From Asterias rubens (lineage: Eukaryota): a stretch of 64,000 nucleotides of DNA. Shown in pieces: positions 1-12,270 of the stretch. Numbering within the stretch: the stretch's first letter is position 1; each line of letters starts with the position of its first letter. A model generated the notes under the pieces. The model had not been told where the DNA came from and did not search any database. It saw only the letters and a program-made list of their open reading frames with translations. Location of the stretch: positions 9,672,001 through 9,736,000 of the forward strand of contig NC_047072.1 of NCBI RefSeq assembly GCF_902459465.1, in the 5' to 3' direction. A program made the translations under genes and the position numbers.

Positions 1-1318
1 AGCAGACACAAAAGTTTATATTTGGCGAATAGGTGGTATGGCCTAACTTTTCATGAAAGGTCATTAAACAAAATGTCTTATTCTGATAACATAACTTTCG
101 CATTAACTTTCACAAACAGCACCGGCCCATACATTTTGTTTCTAAAAGATCGGACAAGAACGTATCAGGGTGTCCAACTCGTCCTGTATAAAAACGGGTG
201 GTGCTGGGGAGGCAGGTCCCTCGTGCCCCGCCCGCCCTGGGCATACGTAAAGGCTTGAAACTAAAATACATTTCATATGTTTGTGTACACTGTTGAAAGG
301 TCAGTGGTTCTTATAAGCATAAGGTACGAATTAATACTCGAAACACAAAAGTGGTGGAAGGGGGGAGTGACCTTTACGCAAGCGGAAGGCGCACTGTGAC
401 TTTGCTCATGTTGCGGATATCCTGAATTATGGTTCAAGTTGTTCCAAAAGTGGGTGGAGGGTTTCTGAACGACAGATTGATAGTAGCCTTGTCGAAACTA
501 CGGCTTGTTTGCTTGGACTATGGATAAGGCTTGCGAAACCTGCTTGAAGCGCGGTGCACATAGTGCACGTTTCACAATAACTGATTGGAGCCTGAAGCCG
601 GAGCTCACTGCCTCGACCGTTGGTTTCGAAGGCACGTGATTATGATTCCCTATCGAATGTTGGCTCCGGACGCGTCATTTGTTTTCACTTTGCAAGCTGT
701 GATAATATATCCACATATAAAGTCATGGAAATTCTGCTGTACATGTTGTAGTCATGGGTCCAGACATTAATTGTATCTCATACACAAATTGTTGAAGAAT
801 GATATTTCTTATGACACAAAAAGTTGCCAAGTACGGCAAAGACTCAAAATGGGAACTGCACCATGTTAAAAGGTCTGCACTCAGGCGGTTGAAAGTGCTC
901 GATCTAAGGCACCATTTTCCCATCGTGCTCGGTCGGGAGTAAATTCCTTGGTTTGAAAACTGGCGCCCAAAAGACCACTTCTTGCTTTGAGTGAAATTGT
1001 CTTCGAGTCATAACGAAATTTAAGCTTTGCTATATGCATGATCAGGGCCTAATTTCATCGAGCTGTTTATAAATAAGCACAAGAATAAGCAAAATATGCT
1101 ATTCCAAAATAATGTTTCCAGCCAAACTACCATGTCACTAAAAAAGTTGTCCAGATTGTGACTGGCATCCTGCCCTTTATTGCTAAAAAGCAGCGATTTT
1201 TTGAAGCAGTATTTTGTGCTTATGCAGTGCTGTGAAATTTGGTCCAGGCCTCCAGGGCAACTGTAATTTCAGACCCGGCCTTTTTGATGAGTGATGTTGA
1301 CACGTAGTAAAAAAATAT

Positions 1319-1350
<32 letters not shown>

Positions 1351-1718
1351 CGAGATTTGGCCTTTTGTTTATTTTTAGTTTGACTGTACGCACTAACAAT
1401 AGAGAGAGGGAGAGAGAGAGAGACCTTAGAGGAAATTGCCTGAAGCAGAATTGCAGAAGGCTCTCTGTTTAACTTTGCTGATTTGTAAAGCAATTTTAAA
1501 ACTTCCGATGTCGAGCGCCTCTAGGCCAAAAGGTCATCACTCTCTCTCAAAAGGCTCAACACAAAAAGTTAATAATATTTTTTAGCGATAACCTTTTTTA
1601 ATTGGACTACGTTTTGTTTGGTGTGTGTGTTCTTTCATGTCACTGTGGTGCAGTGGTTAGACTGCAGGACTTGCAGTTGCAGGTTGTGGGTTCACATCCT
1701 ACCAAGCTAACCACTGAT

Positions 1719-2181
1719 TTAAAGGCAGTGGACAGTGGATAAATAATTATTATCAGCATAAAACCTCACTTGGTAACGATTAATGGGGAGAGGTTGATAG
1801 TATAAAACATTGTGAGAAACGGCTCCCTATGAAGTGCCATAGTTTTCGAGAAAGAAGTAATTTTCCACGAATTCGATTTCGAGACCTCATATTTAGAACT
1901 TGAGGTCTCGAAATACACCATCTAAACGCACACAACTTCGTGTATGCCACAAACAAAGCACTAGTAAAATACAAACTGTTTGTAGGTGGTTGATGTCAAT
2001 GTAAGATGATGTTGACTCTCGGCAAAATACAATTTAACTGACAAGGCTGTTTTCTTCTTTCATTATTATCTCGCAACTTTGATGACCGATTGAGCTCAAT
2101 TTTTCACTGGTTAGTTATTTTATGCATATGTTGAGATACACCACTGTGAAGGCAATTACCAATAGTGTCCACTGCCTTTAA
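1719..2181 (+). mobile_element. Kolobok-type MITE copy with internal ~90-bp insertion
   Basis: Same TIRs and body as 25694-26082; extra sequence at ~1962-2050. Confidence 0.85.
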
Positions 2182-2559
2182 ACCAATGACGTCATCCTTC
2201 ATTCCCGTAGGCCTTTTATCTCAACTGACCCTCAGCACACTAAAAAAGGTCAGAAGTTTGACCCGGAACCGGATCCATTGTGCCTGGCCCAATTCTGGGT
2301 CAGTTTGACCCGGAATCTGCGTCAAACTGATCAAGAAATGGGTCAAGACGCAGAATCTGAGTTTAAATCCCCTTTTTGTAAAACTACTTTCCGTGTCATT
2401 AGCTCGAGTCCCAGAGCTGGTTTTGGACCCCAAGTCCGCGGGTCATCTTATCCTACTCGTGAGTTTTTATAATGAAAGGATCAGGACCTTTTTGATAAGG
2501 GCACACAGTCCAATCATACAGTGCTCATCATTAGACTGTCTGGGTGCACAAGGTAGTGA

Positions 2560-2830
2560 CTATCCTGGCCTTGGATATCCTTGAGAGAACCGTCCAAGAA
2601 CGTCTCCAGACACCTCGTGGTACAACGTTTTAATTTTGGAAAACAGTGCGTTGCGGATGTACTATGCTGGCAACGAATTGAGACATTAATTTTCACGAAA
2701 CGTATGGCCTGATCACATTTTGACGAAGAACTAAAAGTGAATACTTGGTGCAAATGGGTTTTTTTTTCTAGAAAGGTGCATTCCTTCCTTAAGGCATTGT
2801 TATGAAACCGAGGCTGAGAGGACAAATTCG
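2560..2830 (+). mobile_element. Possible decayed Tigger/pogo (CENP-B-type HTH) transposase fragment
   Basis: The frame starting at 2521 reads VSRHLVVQRFNFGKQCVADVL...KRMA*SHFDEELKVNTWCKW, resembling the Tigger pattern LAxxFNxGKTQxxDIL...KR...DE.....WF; it contains stops. Resemblance is from memory only. Confidence 0.3.
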
Positions 2831-3786
2831 ACCCCATCTTCGATAAAGGATCCAGTGCACCATGGAACACCAGGGAGCACAGACGATGAGGGCAGCATTG
2901 TGGGCTTATAGGCAGAGCCGTGCTGAGAATCGTTTTATCTTTCTTTTTGTACCATGAATCAAACATGAGTTGATTTTCTGTGCGTCTGTGCACGCTGCAG
3001 TTATTGAATTATCATTTTCCCTCAATTTTTATACTGCCCGCCGACAATAGTTACGTAGTGTTTGCGGGTAGAAAATACTAAATAAATCGGCGACACCATT
3101 AATTGGATACAACAATTTGTAGATTAGGCCACGCCTAGTCCATACCTCTGTAGGCCTTTGTAGTCGAAGCTTAATTTTACCCGCAGGGAAATATTTGGGT
3201 GCGGGGGGGGGGGGGGGGTTATAGCCCGTCCCCATGGGATATTATACGGAACCAGTCTTGCATTCTGCCTTTAAAATATCTGTTTTCTTAATTGATTCTC
3301 AATTAAGTAAATGAGTTAGCTGCACCTGTAAGCTAGGCCTATCTAAAAAGAAGATGATGAAAAACAGCAATATTATGGCATGCATCATCGAGTGACCCAC
3401 TCCCCCCCCCCACCCTCCCCCTCCTAACACCCCTATATTTTTCGGCAGTTCGACACCAAAAAAATGAGGCTGGTGTTTCTGCCAATCTGTTTTTTTTTTC
3501 TCGTAAATTAGTTCTTTGTTTTCAATTAGCTCTCTCTCTCTCTTATTATGTAAAGAAAAAAAATTCACACTCAAACACCACCGACCTAATGGACTCATGA
3601 GGGCGCCTTGACGAAAGACTATTGTCTTTTTTTCCAGCCGTCCGACTGGTGCAGTGTCAACAATGTCAGAAGCTCTACTTCCTTAGCGCAAAACAGACCC
3701 ATTTTACAAGGCCCCGTGAACCCAGAACCCCGGGGTCAGACAGCTAGCGGTTCGAAGGAGCTTCCTGTGATTGGTAAAACGGAAAT

Positions 3787-6700
3787 ATGAAATCATCTAC
3801 AGACGAGGAAGGACAGCAAAGCGGCTCAACAAAGAACGATACTGAAAACAACATGGCGGCCACCATAGCTTCATTACAGCGGGAGCACATGGAGTATAGA
3901 AACACTTCGAAGGACGAGGCAAAGGGGGAGGGGTGTTCCTCCTCCAGGCCTGGGGTAGCTGAGGCAGGGAGGAGGCCCTCAGCGGGTGATATTCCGTACG
4001 AGGACTTACCGAAAGCACTTATTGCCACAAATGTACCTGATGCAGTTTTCTTGGATGCACAGAAAAAGGTTAGAAAATATTAAAATATTGATTTTTTATT
4101 TTTTTTAGTAAAAAAAATCTTTTTTTTTTTGGGGGGGGCCAATTTTTTATTTTGTTTTTTAGCATTGTTAAATAATGTATTAATAATAATATTTTTAATA
4201 AAATAAAGGGAAAGATTGATGTCTCCTGCAACAACCTTGTCACTAATTTTGGATAACTTTCCGTAGGGCGCCACCACCTTTTCACTCATTTTTACAAAAA
4301 GGGATATCTCATTGAGGTTAATTAGATACAACATATACAATATTATTTCATATCACATGAAAAAGTGGTGGCGCCATAAGGAAACTTTTCCCTAATCTAT
4401 TTTTTGAGTAAACTAAAAATTATAGAAAATAATTGTTATGGAAAATAATTTTTTCATTATTTCATACATATTCATATCATTAATCATAACAAACAAAAAA
4501 GTGTTGGCAGGATACAAACATTTTTCCACTCACTGATTGAAGTGCTGACAACAAACCAGTAGGGCATTGCCATTCATTGCAACACAACTGCAACTGGTCG
4601 TCCCTCATTTTGTTGAGGGTGCCTTTTTATTAATGATATTTCTTGCACTTTGGTTGTCATGGTTGTATTTTGGCTAGCATTATCATCAGTAATTTGATGA
4701 TTGCAAATTATTTAAAACTGGTGGTTGTAATAATGATTTGCAGTGGAGGCTGCCCATCCTTTGCCAACCGGCTGGTTGACAAAACGGATAACTTTCCGTA
4801 TGGCGCCACCACTTTTTCACTCATTTTTACAAAAAGGGATATCTCATTGAGGTAAATTAGATACTAATTTACTATATTATTTCATATAGAATGAAAAAGT
4901 GGTGGCGCCGTACGGAAACTTTTCCGACAAAACTTCAGTTGTTGTGATGATGGTTTAATTAATTGATTGTATTGGTTTTTCAGCCTTCCTGTAAAAAGCA
5001 AGGTTATTCAATTCAAGAATACATTTATTTCCATACTCTCATAAAGGAATAACAACAGTTACATGTATGGAGTAAAGCAAAACATATCTTTAAGTAAGAG
5101 TAAACATAAATAAATAAATAGAGTACGGGGCCGTTTTGGTAAGCATAAGCTTGTAAAAAAAAAGGCCAGACAGACAAGAAAACAAGACAACCAGACAGAC
5201 AGACAATACAAACAGACAAATGACGTTTTCATCTGGGTACAAATTCGTTAAATACAACAACAAAAAGGGATGTTTAAAAATGTACATACCACCTGACTCT
5301 GAGCCTTTGGCCCTATCTGATTTGTAGCTAAAGCTACACCTGTGTTGGTATGGTAATACTTCAGGAATGACAATCCAACAATATAGATGTAGCTGTAGAC
5401 TCCTAGCTGTAGCCTCTGATTTGGTTAATGGCCTTTTTCCCCATTGAATTTATTAATAATCACCTTGTTGACAATTTGAATCTTACCCTTCCTCAAACCC
5501 TGCAGAAATCCTTTGAAGACCTCTTCTGTGCGTTTGGTGAGAACGTCCACTTTGTCTACCTGTCCAGCTTCAGGAGGGTCCGGATCGGCTACGAGACTCC
5601 GGAGCAGGTGGTTCGAGCAAGAATAGGAATGCACAAGAAAGAAATATACGGCACAACTCTCAGTTTATACTTCTTACAGGTTCGTGAACAAAGGAGGTTA
5701 ATAGGGGATGGGGGTGGGGGATTTCATGGCTCATTCCGACTGGATAGTTCATGGAGCTTACAGAGGCAGTAAGCCACTAACTTAACATTTGCAAGCTAGA
5801 TTGAATAATAACTGGTACAATGACTTGTTTAGTCAAAGTTCACGCTTACATTTGAACTCCCCAGACTACTATGTCACATGGTTCGGGCAAGCTTTCAGTT
5901 TATACTTCTTACAGGTTCGTGAACAAAGGAGGTTAAAAGGGGATGGGGTGGGGGATTTTGTGGCTTTTTCTGTCTTATTAGTTCATGTGGGTAACAGTGG
6001 CAGTAAGCCACTGAATTGCAAGTGCATTTGTGAGTAAGATTTGGGTAATGTTTGGTAAAATGACTTGCTTGTTTGGTTACAAGTTGCATGTAGGTGAGGT
6101 TTACAGTAACACTATGTGTGTAAATCTCTTTTGACAATTGCTTGTTTGGTTACAAGTTGCATGTAGGTGAGGTTTACAGTAACACTATGTGTGTAAATCT
6201 CTTTTGACAATTGCTTGTTTGGTTACAAGTTGCATGTAGGTGAGGTTTACAGTAACACTATGTGTGTAAATCTCTTTTGACAATTGCTTGTTTGGTTACA
6301 AGTTGCATGTAGGTGAGGTTTACAGTAACACTATGTGTGTAAATCTCTTTTGACAATTGTTGGTTCTGAGAAGAACCGGTGGTTTTCTGACCCAACTCTA
6401 CTCAAAAGAGATTTATGCATGACATGGTACATGTAGGCCTTCTACCGCAAATCTCACCTAATTATACTCCCACCATACAAAGTTTTAAATCCTACTTAGT
6501 CAAAAGTTCATATGAATTCATCAGACTGTAGGGAAAGTTGCTATGTCACATGGTTCGGGGCAAGCCCTGTATAGGAACCTCCAGTTGGGCAAACTGAGAT
6601 TCCTTGGCTTAACCAGAATAAATGAAATGAAATAAAATAATGTTATCTTGTGTTTCCAACAGCCCGTCAAACTATCCAACAGTTCATCACTGGAGCCGCC

Positions 6701-8869
6701 CATACCAACCAAGCAGCACCTTCTGTCTCCACCAGCATCACCGCCAGTCGGCTGGGAGCCAAAGCAAGAATCTGAACCAGTCATTGACTATGATGTCCTG
6801 GCAGCATTGGCTAGTCTAGCACCAGGTGAGCCTTCGTTTATACTTACCGAGGTGTTTTTAAAGTCTGTAGATTCTTTCCTGAGAGCTTGTCTTGCTATTT
6901 ATTCTACTGACGCAGAGTAGATTTCTGAAATTGGCAGACTACTCCGTGGCAGGTAAATAAATAGCAAGAAAGGTTCTTAAAGACACTGGACACTATTGGT
7001 AATTGTCAAAGACCAGTCTTCTCTCTTGGTGTATCTCAACATATGCATAAAATAACAAACCTGTGAAAATTTGAGCTCGATTGGTTGTTGGAGTTGCGAC
7101 ATAACTATGAAAGAAAAAAAACACCCTTATCACACGAAGTTGTGTGCTTTCAGATGCTTGATTTCGAGACCTCAAATTCTAAACTTGAGGTCTCGAAATC
7201 AAATTCGTGGAAAATTCAATCAATCAATATACATTTATTAAAATTACTTCTTTCTCGAAAACTACGCCACTTCAGAGGGAGCCGTTTCTCACAATGTTAT
7301 ACTATCAACCTCTCCCCATCGTTACCAAGTGAGGTTTTATGTTGATAATTATTTTGAATAATTACCAATAGTGTCCACTGCCTTTAAAGAACAAAATCTA
7401 CACAGCAAAGTAGATTTTAAAAAAACCAAGGTGTTACTGCAAACTGAATATCTGTACATTGATTGATTGATACCTTACCATGTACATGTAGTGCCTTAAA
7501 ATCACAGGTCCATTTCACATACTGATATTTTAATGCTTTGTTTTGACAATCCTCTTTATACTATTACAGGTTTTAGCAATTTTTATTTACCACATAATGT
7601 TTTCCTTTTATTAATTTCAGGTGCATCGATCAAAGTGCTTATTGGTTGTTGTTTTCTGAATGTTGACATGAAATAAATGTATCTGAAATAAGAATAAGAA
7701 ATTTGACAGTGATTTATGTCACTTTCTTAACTATGTTGTATGCTTTCTTTAGGCAATGATAATGATAAATGTATTTCTGTGACCCTATATCATAATAATT
7801 ATGCATTTGTTATGGCTGAAAAGTTTGATGTGTTTTGATCGTTCCACTGCATTTGTACCTTAATTTCTCCACAGGTTTTGGGAAAGCATTGTATATAATA
7901 CAGTGTGTTTTATCTCATCACATTGTATGGCCAAATTAAATTTACTCTGTTTTTTTCCTTGCTGCATTAACGTGGCTAACCCTTCTGTTTGAAAAAAAAT
8001 CAGTTGTGCAGTGAACTGTTATAGGCAATGTGTTCTTGCGTACGCAGAGTTGTGGGAAAGAACTTTACCACACAATGGAACAAAGGTCCACACAACGTTT
8101 TTCTTTGTTAAATTGGGTCCCCCACACATGCCACAACGGGGTTCTTTAGAACAAAAAAGGGAATAATAGAACTTAACAATATCAAGTTCTCACAACTCTG
8201 TGTGCAAAATGTGTGTGTGCTATATTACATGTACATAAAGTTGTTTTTGCATAGGCCTACAGTATGTAACTTCCGCGTTTTTTTTATTAACCATGGTATT
8301 TACAATTTAAAACTGTTGGTGATTCAACTTTTAATCGCAAAGTATGTGCACTTCTTACTGTTTTTAAATGTTGTTTTCAATCTTTCAAATTAGGCCTATG
8401 TATTAATGTAGCAGTGCACAGCCACAATCATGGGTACACTTTTTGTTACAGAGAGACCAAATAAATACCGGTAAACTCTTTGCAACAGCAGCTAAATTGT
8501 ATTTGACAAACTTCGGCACTTTTTATTCATCATTGACACAGGATCAATATCTTATAAATACATGTAACACTGATTTTTCAAAAGTTGAGAAAAAAAAGTG
8601 AACCTATAACATGTATGATTGTACAGTAGCTGGACAGAGCATCTTGTGGGACAGTTAACCACCCCCGCTTTGCACCCAAACCTCTGTAATAATCCAGAAT
8701 ATTTCTCTATACCGTTACCACTTCAGGTGAAGCTCATGAACTCCACGCGGCGGACGACAACAAACCCGGAATCTTCGTCCTCCCCTGTGAGGATCCGCCC
8801 CCAAAGGGAGCAGCAGCCAGAGGGCCCAAGATGAAAATACAACACACCAGAAGACCAGAGCCAAGTTAA
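3787..8869 (+). CDS. RCAN: Regulator of calcineurin (calcipressin/DSCR1 family), 4 coding exons, ~253 aa
   Basis: Exons 3787-4068, 5506-5679, 6663-6825, 8727-8869; all introns GT-AG, phases 0/0/1, total 762 nt. Motifs: RRM-like N-half (DLPKALIATNV...SFRRVRI...LYFLQ), LxxP (LEPP), SPPASPPVGW, ELHA, PxIxIT-like PGIFVL, C-terminal TRRP. The start could instead be the second Met (~3853). Confidence 0.93.
4250..4925. mobile_element. Two direct copies of a ~145-bp MITE in RCAN intron 1 (4250-4392, 4785-4925)
   Basis: Each has TIR GGATAACTTTCCGTA(T/G)GGCGCCACCAC / GTGGTGGCGCC(A/G)TA(A/C)GGAAACTTTTCC. Confidence 0.8.
6065..6359. repeat. Perfect tandem repeat, 4 x 73 bp (RCAN intron 2)
   Basis: Unit TTGCTTGTTTGG...CTTTTGACAA starts at 6065, 6138, 6211, 6284. 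Confidence 0.97.
6977..7387 (-). mobile_element. Kolobok-type MITE copy (RCAN intron 3)
   Basis: Reverse-oriented copy, TTAA at both ends. Confidence 0.85.
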
Positions 8870-9065
8870 TCACCCAAAAAAATATTCTGAAATAATGTGC
8901 GTTTTTAATTTTAACAATAGTAATATTTATTCATTATTTAACTAAATGTTGAATCAGGTATTCACAACTTATTGTCATATTGGAGAGAGATCCAATGTCT
9001 GCCCTGTGTACTTCATCGTTGGAGGCACCCTGTAACTTGGTCCGAGGCTAACTGAACATGATCAG

Positions 9066-9310
9066 GGGCCAATTTCATAGAGCTGCTAAGCACAAAAATC
9101 TGCTTAGCATGACATTTTTCCGTTGATAAAAACAGTATTACATGTACCAACCAAATTTCCGCGTGATTTTCAGGATAAGCAAACAACAGCTGAAAACCAG
9201 TAACAAGCAATATGCAACAAATGGAAACTTGGTTGGTAATCCTGTTTTATCAAGGAAGAAATTTCATGCTAAGCAAATTTGTGTGCTTAGCAGCTCTTTG
9301 AAATTGGGCC
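9066..9310. mobile_element. PIF/Harbinger-type MITE (TIR GGGCCAATTTCATAGAGCTG, CWG flanks)
   Basis: TIR pair flanked by CAG/CTG; inserted into a hammerhead-like repeat. Other copies at ~1043-1246, 14440-14628, 14958-15145, 17062-17260, 33820-33920, 63417-63545. Confidence 0.75.
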
Positions 9311-9884
9311 CTGAGCACACTGATCGAAATGTTGAGTTGTCACAACTCTGGTTCTATACAGAACCAAATTGTGGTGTTGTCACTTATGTTGATGCCACGT
9401 AGGGGTCATCAGGCCTGGAGTTTCATCTTTGATAGGGCAAGGCCATCTGAAAGTCTTTGGAAAACTTTTAAAGGGGCACCAAATTCAAGACCGGAGGCCA
9501 TGGCCTTCTGTAATTCCAGGCCTTGGTCGTGGTATTCAGGGATTGAATTGACCTGCATGTATATCACCTTCTGTTAACCCTGATAGATACATGTATACGT
9601 GTAACTTTGGATTTGTTTTCACTAGTCGTGTCTTCTGAGGCTATTGTGTAATGATTTTGTATCCGTAAATTGAGAGTGACTGAGCGTACCCACTTTGCTT
9701 GTACAGACTCCAGTGTTTACCACAAGTCTATACGAAGAGCAGTGGCAAACTTCCTTATAATACAAAGAAGTTTTAAAAGTTAAAAATGTACAACAAGTGT
9801 ATGCTAGCCTCGGAGGCCAATAGTGGAAGTCATTCATTTTATGTTACCAGTCCACAGATTGCGTTTTCAGAAACGTATAATGTA

Positions 9885-11080
9885 CTGTTTCTTCTGATGG
9901 TACCACCCAGTTGTACCCATTCAGAAGCCGGCAATGTAGTATCCCTTTTGATGGTACCACCCAGTTGTACCCACAAAGAAGCCGGCAATGTAGTACCCCT
10001 TCTGATGTTAGTACCCAGTTGTACCCATTTAGAAGCCAGCAATGTATTACTCCCTCTGAGGGTAGGCACCCATTTGTACCCATTCAAAAGCTGGCAATGT
10101 ACATTTGTAGTATCCCCGTCTAATGGTAGTACCCAATTTTACGCATTTATAAGCCTGCAAAGTAGTATCCCTCTAAGGTAGTATCCACTCCATCGTTTTA
10201 ATATATCAAAAGCCTACAAATATACATCTTGGTAGCACTCGATTCAGAAGGCAGCAGTGTATGTACAAACAAAAAAACAACCACATTGATTTAGAAGCCC
10301 TATGCACTGTAATATCCCTTCTGATTGTAGCACCCATTTGTACCCACCATTCATAAGCCTAAATGTTTGTACCCATTTAGAAGCCTACTACATATGCTTC
10401 ATTTATCTCTTCTGTCTGTAGCACCCATGCCTATCCTTCAGAATCCTTCAATGTTTACAAGATCCTCTCTGATAACACCCAGTAGTGTCCCTCAGAAGCT
10501 TAAAACAAATCTTTTTTATAATACATGTAGTACATGTACCCGATTGCACCCGTTTGGAAGTCTACAATGCACTATCCCCTCTGATGGTTGCACCCAACTG
10601 TACCTTTCAGACGCCTAAAACATTGTATTCTTTCTGATGCTAGCACCCAGTTGTACCCTATCTGAGGCATACAATGTACTATCCCCTCTGATGGTTGCAC
10701 CCAACTGTACCTTTCAGAAGCCTAAAACATTGTATTCTTTCTGATGCTAGCACCCAGTTGTACCCTATCTGAGGCATACAATGTACTATCCCCTCTGATG
10801 GTTGCACCCAACTGTACCTTTCAGAAGCCTAAAACATTGTATTCTTTTTGATGCTAGCACCCAGTTCAAGTACCCTATCTGAGGCATACAATGTGCAATA
10901 TGATACATGTACCTCCAGAAGCCTAAAACATTGTGTACCTTCTGATGATACATTAGCACCCATTTGTACCTTTTAAGAAGCGTACAATGTTTTACCTCCT
11001 CTGGTGGTAAGACCTGATTGTACCCGCACTGACTGATGTCTACGAATCTGTCTCTCTTAGCACCCAATTGTACCATTTCA
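9885..11080. repeat. Degenerate ~54-bp minisatellite with 107-bp higher-order dimer
   Basis: Unit ~CTTCTGATGGTACCACCCAGTTGTACCCATTCAGAAGCC..CAATGTA.TATCC; near-identical 107-bp dimers start at 10571, 10678, 10785. Confidence 0.92.
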
Positions 11081-12109
11081 GATTCCTGCAATAACTACCT
11101 TCTTGTATCCTAATTGGAGAATCCAACATGCACATAATCCGGTAGCATGGTCTTTTTGTCACAAAATATTGTCACAAAATGTTTAAATTATATATACTAC
11201 CTATTTTCTAAAGTGATAGTAAATGGTGACCTCATTATGTTTGTTCTCGGGTCATCTCGAAAACAAAACCTTTATTTTACTTTATTTAACTGTCACAACA
11301 GGACAGCAGAACTTTAAAATTAGGCCTACAAATTTAACATTTCTTGAGGTTGCAGTGCTAGTCACTTTTGAGGGTTTCAGTGACAGAAAGATACAATCAA
11401 GAAAGTACTCTAAAACTGTTCAGGGACAACAAATATATTGTGTCACAACTGCAAAATCATGTTCCTGCATTCAAAATATTTTAAGGAGCGTATTCTTTTG
11501 AAAAATTTCACAAATATTTAAAGGGTTTTCTGTGCATACAGGAACCAGTAAGAACTCACTTCCAGTCAGTTTCCGTGGAACTGTCAATTTTGCCGTCCAA
11601 TGTCATTAACAAGTATGATTGTTAATAAGCCATTTTGTAATAAATAAAAAATTGCTTTCTTCAAGCATTGCTATTCAGTCAATTTTGTAAGAAATCCAAA
11701 ATCTTCTCCATCATCAATCTTTGACTATGTACCATAACACTGGTGAAGTGAGTGTAGGCTTGCTTATTCAAATGCATTTTTTATTTATTCTTGTTTTGTG
11801 TAATGCAAATATTTCTTGTTGAAAGTTTTGTTGAGCATGAGTGAGATATTAACTATTGGTGCCAGTTGTTCGATTGTGTTTGTTTAGCAAGCATTCACAT
11901 GACTTCTTAAAACACACATTTACCAACATCCCTTGTTTTTAAAGGGACAGGTAGGTTAAAGGTCACGATTGTTCATTCACTAAAGACTTCTACTTATGTA
12001 CTTGCAGCACTTTCTGTGAGTGAGAATTATGATATCGCCATATTTTAGCAAGGGTACTCGGTTATGTAATCCTTTTTACACTTCACATCATTAACATGGT
12101 CTGAATAAA

Positions 12110-12270
12110 GGAATCAATGTGTGGTGAAGAGGTTTTCAACTTGTGGTTTAAACCCAAGCCTGGTTCTTGATAATTTTACCGAGACAAAGTCGAGGTAAAT
12201 CATCAAGAACCAGGCATCGGCGGGTTTAAAGCACTAGTTGAAAACCAATTCAACACACTTTGATTCCCAT
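12110..12270. repeat. ~160-bp imperfect palindrome
   Basis: GGAATCAA.GTGTG.TGAA..GGTTTTCAACT.GTG.TTTAAACCC...GCCTGGTTCTTGAT..TTTACC | loop | reverse complement. Confidence 0.85.

Noticed and set aside
150-930. Possible minus-strand small gene (GC-rich segment 165-260 reading FQAFTYAQGGRGTRDLPPQHHPFLYRTSWTP*, donor-like site at ~377, ATG at 923)
   Set aside because: No consistent exon chain or recognisable family could be built; needs RNA-seq or BLAST.
6065-6359. CRISPR-like appearance of regularly spaced repeats (also 9885-11080, 57019-57389)
   Set aside because: Units are contiguous with no unique spacers, there are no cas genes, and the context is eukaryotic.
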